A stretch of DNA of 32,000 bases from Fibrobacteria bacterium (GCA_050294405.1 JBNKOC010000032.1:61677-93676); one strand, 5' to 3'. Positions 20,214 through 26,822 are shown, numbered from the stretch's first letter. Numbers and translations are program-made. Notes: generated by a model from the letters alone, not told the origin.

Positions 20214-21212
20214 ATGTTTCTCGACCAATCTGTAATTGACTTTAAAAGCGGCGATGGCGGCGGCGGTATGAAACATTTCCGCAGAAGCCGTAACAACCCT
20301 AAAGGCGGACCCGATGGAGGGGATGGCGGCAGAGGCGGCCATATAATTTTAATAACATCGGAAAACCTCCACACCCTGTATGACATGAATCAAAAGCGCA
20401 AGTTTAAAGCCCAAAACGGAGATAGAGGTGGCCCCAACTTTGTGAAAGGAAAAGATGGTTCCGATATTATTCTGGAAATTCCAGTAGGAACTCTTATTAA
20501 AAATGCGGAAACTCTGGAAGTCATAGCCGATTTGGACAAACCGGGAATGCGCTACACGCTGTTAAAAGGAGGCCAGGGAGGTATTGGCAATGCCCAGTTT
20601 AAAAACTCTCGTATTCGAGCTCCTGAAACAGCCACCCCGGGTGGAAAAGGCCAACATCTATTGGTGCAGTTGGAGCTTAAGCTATTGGCGGATTGCGGGC
20701 TGGTGGGTTATCCCAATGCAGGAAAAAGCTCTTTGGTTAGAGCCCTTTCCAACGCCACACCAAAAGTGGGAGATTTCCCTTTTACCACCTTAAAACCTTC
20801 CCTGGGAATTGTAAAAGTCTCCCCCCATGAGAGTTTTGTTTTGGCGGATATACCTGGTATTATTGAAGGCGCCGCAGAGGGCCGTGGATTGGGAAACCAG
20901 TTCCTCCGCCACATAGAAAGATCGGGCTGTCTGGCATTTGTTTTAGACCCCAGCACAAAACCACTCTACCAACAATATAAAGAGCTGGTTACAGAGCTAA
21001 GAAACTACCAGCCTTCTCTGCTTTCACGACCTCGCCTTATTGTGGTAAACAAAATGGATTTAGGGGAGCCTGAAATCGAAAAGGAACTGGAAAGGGAGCC
21101 CTATCCCCTGGTAAAAACATCCACCTTGTCTCAAATTGGGCTTAGCGATTTTAGCCGCGCGGCCTGGGAACTGATTAAGCCCAAAAAAGAAGAAAGCGCC
21201 TGGAGTAATTAA
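20214..21212 (+). CDS. obg: GTPase Obg/CgtA
   Basis: Gly-rich Obg fold (SGDGGGG...GGPDGGDGGRGGHIIL), G1 GYPNAGKSS, G3 DIPG, G4 NKMD. The ATG directly abuts the stop of the regulator gene. Confidence 0.92.
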   Translation: MFLDQSVIDFKSGDGGGGMKHFRRSRNNPKGGPDGGDGGRGGHIILITSENLHTLYDMNQKRKFKAQNGDRGGPNFVKGKDGSDIILEIPVGTLIKNAETLEVIADLDKPGMRYTLLKGGQGGIGNAQFKNSRIRAPETATPGGKGQHLLVQLELKLLADCGLVGYPNAGKSSLVRALSNATPKVGDFPFTTLKPSLGIVKVSPHESFVLADIPGIIEGAAEGRGLGNQFLRHIERSGCLAFVLDPSTKPLYQQYKELVTELRNYQPSLLSRPRLIVVNKMDLGEPEIEKELEREPYPLVKTSTLSQIGLSDFSRAAWELIKPKKEESAWSN

Positions 21213-22201
21213 AAACCCATTTCCCTTTTTAAGTTTTCCATATAGGGCCCGGCGATGGCTCTGGCTTTTTCGGCTCCCTTTTTAAGCACCTCATCCAGAT
21301 AATCCTTGTTGTCCATTAACTTGAAAAACTCTTCTCTGGGTTTTTCCAGTTGGGCATTTAAACTTTCAAAAAACATTTTTTTAGCCTGGCCCCAGCCCAT
21401 TCCCCCGGCTTCATAGGTTTTGCGGACCTCGGCATCTTGCTGCCCATTTAAAAACAAGCGATGTAAAGAATATACATAGCTTTCCTCCGGATTTTTTGGC
21501 TCTTCGGGAGTCTGGCTGTTGGTTACAATTTTGTTAATGAGTTTTTGCAGTGGCTTGGGCTGTAAAAACAGGGGTATGGTATTCCCATAACTTTTACTCA
21601 TTTTTCGGCCATCCAGACCCACTATGGTTTCCGCATGTTCACTGATTTTAGCTTCCGGCAAAACTAAAAGAGGTTTTCCGTAATGGTTGTTAATTCTATC
21701 GGCAAAATCCCGGGCAAATTCCAGATGTTGTTTTTGATCTTGTCCAATGGGAACCACATTGGCGCTAAAGAGCAAAATGTCTGCTGCCATAAGCACAGGA
21801 TAGCTGTAAAAACCCATATTCACACCATCGTCCAAATCCTTACCCGCTTCCTGATTTTTAGTCATGCGGTCCTTGTAGCCGTGGGCCCGATTCATAAAAC
21901 CTTTGGGGGCAAAACAGGATAGGAGCCAGCTCAACTGAGTGATTTCCGGAACATGGCTTTGCCGGTAAAAGATGCAGTTTTCGGGGTCGAGACCTAAAGC
22001 CAGCCAGGTGGCCCCCACGGTGTAGATAGATTCATTAAAATCCTCTGGGGCGGGAGTTGTGGTTAAAGCGTGATAGTCCGCGATAAAGTAAAGAGGCTCA
22101 TAATCTTTGGAAAGTTCAAGAGCCGGACGTATGGCCCCCAGCCAATTTCCAATATGAGGCATGCCTGTGGGCTTAATGCCCGTTAGTGATCGTAATTTCA
22201 T
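21209..22201 (-). CDS. trpS: Tryptophan--tRNA ligase
   Basis: Class I signatures GIKPTGMPHIGNWLGA (HIGH variant) and KMSKS in a protein of ~330 aa. Start placed at ATG 22201 (MKLRSLTG...); the track start at 22207 is a TTG. The 3' end overlaps obg by 4 nt (convergent). Confidence 0.88.
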   Translation of the reverse strand: MKLRSLTGIKPTGMPHIGNWLGAIRPALELSKDYEPLYFIADYHALTTTPAPEDFNESIYTVGATWLALGLDPENCIFYRQSHVPEITQLSWLLSCFAPKGFMNRAHGYKDRMTKNQEAGKDLDDGVNMGFYSYPVLMAADILLFSANVVPIGQDQKQHLEFARDFADRINNHYGKPLLVLPEAKISEHAETIVGLDGRKMSKSYGNTIPLFLQPKPLQKLINKIVTNSQTPEEPKNPEESYVYSLHRLFLNGQQDAEVRKTYEAGGMGWGQAKKMFFESLNAQLEKPREEFFKLMDNKDYLDEVLKKGAEKARAIAGPYMENLKREMGF

Positions 22202-22238
22202 GTCCAAAATTTAAAAAAAACTTGAGTCTTGTCTTTCT

Positions 22239-22265
22239 CAAATCCTTCGTTTTGTTGAGGATTTG
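22239..22265 (-). terminator. Hairpin between the RT gene and trpS (candidate terminator of the RT operon)
   Basis: CAAATCCT (22239-22246) and AGGATTTG (22258-22265) form an 8-bp stem with an 11-nt loop. The T-tract on the minus strand lies ~20 nt away, so the terminator call is weak. A second 7-bp hairpin (CACAACC 22301-22307 / GGTTGTG 22319-22325) sits just after the RT stop. Confidence 0.3.
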
Positions 22266-22339
22266 TTCTGTTTTTAACGAGTTATTAAATATGCCAAAGC
22301 CACAACCTCTATTTAGCTGGTTGTGCCATCCACCTAGAT

Positions 22340-23341
22340 TTAATTCAATAAAGCGTGTTCTTGCTCAAACCAATTCAAATCTTTATTCAGAATAGTATTC
22401 GGCTTTATTGTTTTTTTATCCTTCAATTTTTTTTTATATAAAACTTTATAATAACAGTTTAATTGCTCAAATTTATTTGGGAGTATTTGTCTAACATACC
22501 CAATCTTCCCCAAAAGTCTTTGGGTATCTTTTTGTGTAATAGATCCGCTTTGCTTATGCTTACCGACCATCTTCATTATTTCATAATAATGTTTGTTTGG
22601 TATTAACAACTCTTTTTCTGGGCCGATGATAGGTCCAGTAACTGTTTTATACTTCTTTTTTGAAAAATATTTTGTTTTTTTCTTTTTTATATTTAGCCCA
22701 GCTCTTTTCAATTTGTTATCAATCAACAAATGAAAATCTTTTGATATAGGATTGTTAGTTGAAAAAGTCATATCATCAACGTATAGCGAAAAAAGCATTT
22801 GCCTGTCTTTCGCTTCTTTTGATATTTTATTAAAAAGGTTTGAATGTGTCCAGTAGGCTAAAGTTTGGCTCAAATGGCTACCTGTTGGGATGTGATCTGA
22901 ATAGCATGTAAGGTTTGCCAACAACCATGCCACATCATCACTCATTTTAAACTGATAGCGAAAAAGCCTGAACACGTGCTCCTTTTTACAGTTTGTATAA
23001 AAGCTTTCAATGTCAGTCGCCAACATGTAACTATTACTTACATGATATTTTGCGTTATCAATACTAGACACCCCTTTTTTCCCTGAAAACAAATACTCTG
23101 GTGTCTGAATTTTCATCATCAATTGTTGTAATCGAAAGTGGATTTTTTTTCTTAGGTGTATTGGCTCTTGGACTTCTCTAGTCTTAGCACCTTTCTTCGC
23201 ATCAAAAACTCTGTAAAAATTTGTGTCCGTTAGCGATGCAAGCTCTCTTACCTCTATTTTCAATATTTGACATAACCTTCTTTTATTAGAAAGCTTATAT
23301 AAAGGGCTGGAAGTAATTGGATATAATTTATGCCGTTGCAC
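22340..23341 (-). CDS. Retron-type reverse transcriptase (stand-alone RT domain, no fused effector domain)
   Basis: RT palm motifs: YRVFDAKKGAKTREVQEP (motifs 1-2), LATDIESFY (catalytic Asp), IPTGSHLSQ, and YVDD (aa 187-190, nt 22772-22783). It also has the NAxxH (IDNAKYH) and VTG (KTVTGPIIG) signatures I associate with retron RTs. There is no maturase, endonuclease or other domain. The GTG start lies 14 nt inside the 3' end of the upstream HTH gene. Confidence 0.8.
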   Translation of the reverse strand: MQRHKLYPITSSPLYKLSNKRRLCQILKIEVRELASLTDTNFYRVFDAKKGAKTREVQEPIHLRKKIHFRLQQLMMKIQTPEYLFSGKKGVSSIDNAKYHVSNSYMLATDIESFYTNCKKEHVFRLFRYQFKMSDDVAWLLANLTCYSDHIPTGSHLSQTLAYWTHSNLFNKISKEAKDRQMLFSLYVDDMTFSTNNPISKDFHLLIDNKLKRAGLNIKKKKTKYFSKKKYKTVTGPIIGPEKELLIPNKHYYEIMKMVGKHKQSGSITQKDTQRLLGKIGYVRQILPNKFEQLNCYYKVLYKKKLKDKKTIKPNTILNKDLNWFEQEHALLN

Positions 23342-23630
23342 TTTCTATCTTTTGTAGAAATTGTATTGTTTTCTTTCGGACAAGATCTTTAAATTTTCGC
23401 TTACCTTTATCAGCTTCTAAATCTTCTGCAAAAAACAAAATCGAAGAAGGTGTTGTTTTAAATATTTTAGCGTACTTTCGTATTAACTCCAAAGAGGGTT
23501 CCTTTTTCCCGTTTTCAATCTCTGACAGATAACTAGGGGATATACTCAAATCAGCCGCTAAGTCGTAAGATTTAATGTCATGAAATTTTCTAATTAATCT
23601 AAGTGCTTCATTTACCATAGTTATAATCAT
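23328..23630 (-). CDS. XRE-family helix-turn-helix protein, translationally coupled to the RT
   Basis: Classic XRE HTH: LRLIRKFHDIKSYDLAADLSISPSYLSEIENGKKEPSLELIRKYAKIF. 100 aa with a basic C-terminal tail. Overlaps the RT start by 14 nt. Confidence 0.8.
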   Translation of the reverse strand: MIITMVNEALRLIRKFHDIKSYDLAADLSISPSYLSEIENGKKEPSLELIRKYAKIFKTTPSSILFFAEDLEADKGKRKFKDLVRKKTIQFLQKIESATA

Positions 23631-23651
23631 TGAGTTAAAAAAAATAGGAAG

Positions 23652-23792
23652 CTAGTCGCCAAAAACCCAGATGAACAGTCTAACCAAAAAAAGAATTACC
23701 TTGATAATTACAAGTCTCCATATTTTTCGTTGACTTTTTTTCTTTTCAGCAACAGGACTACGGGCTAATAGGTTAATGTGTTTAATAATCAT
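23652..23792 (-). CDS. Unannotated 46-aa peptide with a basic N-terminus and one C-terminal TM helix (below the ORF-track size cut-off)
   Basis: Hand translation gives MIIKHINLLARSPVAEKKKSQRKIWRLVIIKVILFLVRLFIWVFGD*. The ATG at 23792 is preceded by AAGGAG (23798-23803) with a 5-nt spacer. The stop lies 21 nt upstream of the HTH ATG on the same strand. Confidence 0.5.
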   Translation of the reverse strand: MIIKHINLLARSPVAEKKKSQRKIWRLVIIKVILFLVRLFIWVFGD

Positions 23793-23866
23793 TTTTTCTC
23801 CTTTCCAGACTTGGGTTACCTACACGAGACATTCGCACAGGCCTAATTCAAGTCTCTCACAAGAAA

Positions 23867-24091
23867 GGTCCGTACCGTAATCCTATTCACCTCCTATTTG
23901 TTTCGCCACCGCTCTCACAGCGGTGGCATGAAATGATTGCGGAAGGGGTTTATTCAAAAGTTAAGTAGCCAATCTACCAACGGAAGGAATCAACCCTACC
24001 TCTGCAAAAAAATTGAGCATTACCCAGAAAGTAAAACTCACAGGCTTCCGCCCACTTTAGCTTTTCAGCTTTGTGAATTACGGAACCTATC
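23867..24091 (-). ncRNA. Candidate structured non-coding RNA (retron msr/msd-like leader) upstream of the peptide-HTH-RT genes
   Basis: There is no credible ORF. The 5' segment GATAGGTTCCGTAATTCAC (24091->24073) is complementary to GTGAATAGGATTACGGTACGGACC (23890->23867) over 6+5+3 bp, interrupted by bulges. Internal hairpins: AGCT-GAAA-AGCT (24059-24070); GGGTTGATTC/GAATAAACCC (23946-23996); GCCACCGC/GCGGTGGC (23905-23927). It begins at the predicted transcription start. Confidence 0.4.
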
Positions 24092-24100
24092 AACAACATG

Positions 24101-24129
24101 AATATAAGATCATATTCAATTTTTTGCAA
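24101..24129 (-). promoter_or_regulatory. Sigma70-like promoter driving the leader-peptide-HTH-RT unit
   Basis: On the minus strand: TTGCAA (24129->24124), a 17-nt spacer, then TATATT (24106->24101). The predicted start near 24092-24094 coincides with the 5' inverted-repeat arm of the leader. Promoter rules in this phylum may differ from E. coli. Confidence 0.4.
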
Positions 24130-24143
24130 ATAATATTTGCAAA
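24123..24143. promoter_or_regulatory. Perfect palindrome (9-bp arms, 3-bp spacer) overlapping the -35 element; candidate operator for the XRE HTH protein
   Basis: TTTGCAAAT-aat-ATTTGCAAA read directly from the sequence. The promoter-proximal arm (24123-24131) contains the -35 TTGCAA hexamer. Confidence 0.45.
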
Positions 24144-24377
24144 TAGCGAATTTATTTTTGGGTAATCAAGGGCACGGCGTGCTTCGCACATGGTCACGGG
24201 CTCGAACTGCGTGTGAGCATGGCTGGACGGATCTGTTTTCTACGCGGTATGGGAAAGACCCAGGATACCTGGCGAAGCGATAGTGTAAAGTAAGACGCAG
24301 GGAGCTTTGCTTTCAAAGCGGCCGGATTGCTTCACCCTTTTTCATGGCCTTAGCGCGAAGGTGGGGTATCTTGGGAC

Positions 24378-24805
24378 TTAACTTTCCTCGGTAGATTTTC
24401 TCTCCAGTCTTGCGGGGTGGCTTTTGGTGTGTACTTCCATAGCCTGTACGTATCCTATATCAGCTCCGCCTTCAAGCATATGAATGGCACAGCTATGGCG
24501 AAGTAAATGGCAAGCCCCTATTTTTTTGCGTGCCGGATTCTTAGATATGTCGCATTATTATATCGACAAGATGCCCGGCACTAAGTATTCCCCTAAGACA
24601 ATTATAAACAAATGGCCTTCCCCGAGTATTTTAACTAGCCTTGGTGATTCCCTAAGAAATTTTTCCACCCAGAACTGCTCCCGGGGTCCAAGGAGTGTTG
24701 GAGCTGAATTTAAAATGAATTAAATTTGACTTTCCATTATCAACTTTAGGTGTGACAACTTCCCAAAAAAAGTTTTTTTTAAAACAACAATTTCAACCCT
24801 AAATT
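24378..24805 (-). pseudogene. Decayed tyrosine recombinase/integrase (frameshifts, stops and an internal deletion removing the catalytic Tyr region)
   Basis: Minus-strand translation fragments: FRVEIVVLKKNFFWEVVTPKVDNGKSNL (box I-like, with Arg); PREQFWVEKFLRESPRLV...HLFI; KNPARKKIGACHLLRHSCAIHMLEGGADIGYVQAM (HxLRHS box II); and EVHTKSHPA*. VQAM joins directly to EVHTKSHPA, so the LGH...IYTH segment carrying the Tyr nucleophile is missing. Two in-frame stops and at least one frameshift separate the fragments. The upper boundary is fuzzy. Confidence 0.6.
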
Positions 24806-25126
24806 AAAAGCACCACCACTATTCTGTGTAATTTCGCAGATAATTCATGTTTTATCTAAGATTTTGCAAATTATCGAAATGGGGACAGCGGGCATAGCCA
24901 AAAGGAAATTAGTGCCTAAAGCTCCAGTAAAAAGGTATATTTAACCCAAAAAAATTACTGTTTTGCTGAATTACTCGTTTAAATGCCAGAGAGTGAAAAA
25001 ATTGTAGACTTTTTGATAAGCTAATATCACCATCTAAATCTAGTTTAATCAAAGCAAGTTCTTTATTCAACTTTCAATTGTTAATTATCCATATCACTAA
25101 ATTTTTATCAATCAAAAGTTAAAAAA

Positions 25127-26707
25127 ATGGCATATTTTAGAGTCTTTATCAAAAGTATTTGCATTGCGTTTGCCTTGGTTTCAAATGCGATCTCACAAAT
25201 AGAGCCCTGTCAAACCCTGAGTTGCGATACCCTGGCAGTTAAAGAAATTTTAGCTCTAAACGGAATAAGTAACCCTGGATTAAATGGTGTGACAATTGAC
25301 ACTTTGACAAATAGGGTCATTCGATTTGGATATGGATTTGATACCATTCCCCCGCAGATAGGTAGGCTATCTGAGCTAAAACATTTATCAATATACGGAA
25401 ACCAATCGAATATTTTAGACTTAACTAGCTTGCCAACTGAAATGAGTTTATTATCGAAGTTGGAATTATTAGAAATAAAATTTGTAAACTGGACTATTCC
25501 CCCCAAAGAAATTGGCCTCATACCCAATTTAAAGCACCTACTTGTAACCTCCTGTAGTTTAGTTGATTTGCCTGACGAGTTAACAAATCTGCCTTTGGAA
25601 TTTTTGGACATATCTTATAATAATTTTGAAAATTTACCAGATGTAATTTTTGAAATTAGCACACTTAGAAAATTTGGATCAAGAATAAACCCAATCGAAA
25701 ATATTCCACCTGAAATAGTTCAATTAACTGAGTTATGTTCTTTATATGTAACCAATAGTTCAATAGTAAAATTACCCGAAAATATTGGAGATTTAAAAAA
25801 TTTAAAATATTTGGAAGTATCAGGGTCTAAGTTAACAGTTTTGCCTGTTAGTATTGGAGATCTGGATAGCCTTCAAGAGCTGCTAGTTTTTGACAATGAA
25901 CTTAAGTCTTTACCACCAGAAATAGGTAACCTGCAAAATTTGAAAAAGCTCAGTATTCACGAAAATTATTTTGAAGAACTGCCTGCGGAAATAGGCAACC
26001 TTTCAAAGCTTGAAACTTTAAATGTCCGCAACAACCTGTTAACAGATTTGCCTTCGGAGATTGCAACATTATCAAATTTGGACAGGTTACACCTCCAAAC
26101 AAACAATATTTCCTATTTAAGAGAAGAGTTATTTACCCTGGAAAAATTGACCATTTTAGATTTGAGTCACAATCAATTGACTGAAATTCCCCCTAGTATT
26201 TCAAAATTGAATAATCTAACCCATTTATATTTAGCCTTTAACGGTTTATCAGATTTGCCATTAGAACTAACTAACATGCCCAATTTATATGCCATGGATT
26301 TAGCCTTTAATAATTTTTGCAATTTGCCAGATACACTTATCGAATGGCTTTCTACTCAAACCGCATATCTGGGAAACCCTAACACATATGAGTATATCAT
26401 GGAAACTCAAAGACTTGACTCCGTAACCTATTGTGATGGGAGTGAAATTAATGTAAAAACGGCATTCCCCTTATCAAGATCAAAAATTTATCAATATCAA
26501 CTCAATAGTGACTTTTACATAATTTTTGAAAGTTCTAGCTCAAAAAATGTGGAAATTTATAACTTGGAGGGTCGAATAGCTGCCACTTTTTATGATGTTA
26601 AAGGGCGACTAAGAATTTCAAAAGGTTCTATGCCTAATTCCATCTATTTTGTAAGAGTATTTGATGGTGACGAGACGTACACAACGAAAATTCTTTTTGG
26701 TAAGTAA
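25127..26707 (+). CDS. Secreted leucine-rich-repeat protein with a T9SS C-terminal sorting domain
   Basis: Signal peptide (ICIAFALVSNAISQ). About 14 tandem 23-aa LRRs of the LxxLxxLxLxxNxLxxLPxEIGxL type (nt ~25358-26341). C-terminal ~70 aa fit a T9SS CTD (VEIYNLEGRIAATFYD...SIYFVRVFDGDETYTTKILFGK). Confidence 0.85.
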   Translation: MAYFRVFIKSICIAFALVSNAISQIEPCQTLSCDTLAVKEILALNGISNPGLNGVTIDTLTNRVIRFGYGFDTIPPQIGRLSELKHLSIYGNQSNILDLTSLPTEMSLLSKLELLEIKFVNWTIPPKEIGLIPNLKHLLVTSCSLVDLPDELTNLPLEFLDISYNNFENLPDVIFEISTLRKFGSRINPIENIPPEIVQLTELCSLYVTNSSIVKLPENIGDLKNLKYLEVSGSKLTVLPVSIGDLDSLQELLVFDNELKSLPPEIGNLQNLKKLSIHENYFEELPAEIGNLSKLETLNVRNNLLTDLPSEIATLSNLDRLHLQTNNISYLREELFTLEKLTILDLSHNQLTEIPPSISKLNNLTHLYLAFNGLSDLPLELTNMPNLYAMDLAFNNFCNLPDTLIEWLSTQTAYLGNPNTYEYIMETQRLDSVTYCDGSEINVKTAFPLSRSKIYQYQLNSDFYIIFESSSSKNVEIYNLEGRIAATFYDVKGRLRISKGSMPNSIYFVRVFDGDETYTTKILFGK

Positions 26708-26822
26708 AATTTCTCATTATGAAACTTCATATAAATTAGCCTTCAATTATAAACTACACGAAGAGGTGGCCTATGGTAGCTTTATCCTCTACCAAAAGCT
26801 GTTCATTGATAAATTTTCATAA

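Noticed and set aside
22186-22395. 69-aa plus-strand ORF spanning the trpS-RT spacer
   Set aside because: It overlaps the starts or ends of both flanking minus-strand genes, has no SD, and is low-complexity and AT-driven.
22340-23341. Alternative identities for the RT: group II intron, DGR, or CRISPR-associated RT
   Set aside because: There is no maturase/X or endonuclease domain, and I could not find a GUGYG 5' end or a domain V-like hairpin nearby. There is no template/variable repeat pair and no target gene, as a DGR would need. There is no CRISPR array and no cas genes. NAxxH and VTG point to the retron-like clade.
23888-23895. Perfect SD-like AGGAGGTG inside the RT-operon leader (minus strand)
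   Set aside because: No start codon lies at a usable distance. The only option is the embedded GTG with zero spacer, which gives a 15-codon frame. The element partly overlaps the 3' inverted-repeat arm (23867-23890), so it is more likely RNA structure than a ribosome-binding site.
24171-24260. Possible tRNA or tmRNA 3' fragment (GGGCTCGAAC resembles a T-loop) as the integrase attachment site
   Set aside because: The flanking bases do not form a 5-bp T-stem in any register on either strand. No acceptor, D or anticodon arms could be drawn.
24484-24723. 79-aa plus-strand ORF in the track (MAQLWRSKWQAPIFLRAG...)
   Set aside because: It is antisense to the region whose minus strand translates into recognisable tyrosine-recombinase fragments (HLLRHSCAIHMLEGGADIGYVQAM). 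It has no SD and no recognisable motif, so it is most likely a shadow ORF of the integrase relic.
25358-26341. Regular ~69-nt periodicity in the DNA
   Set aside because: It is the nucleotide footprint of 23-codon leucine-rich repeats within one continuous ORF. The repeats are diverged at the DNA level and have no spacer organisation, so this is not a CRISPR array or a satellite.
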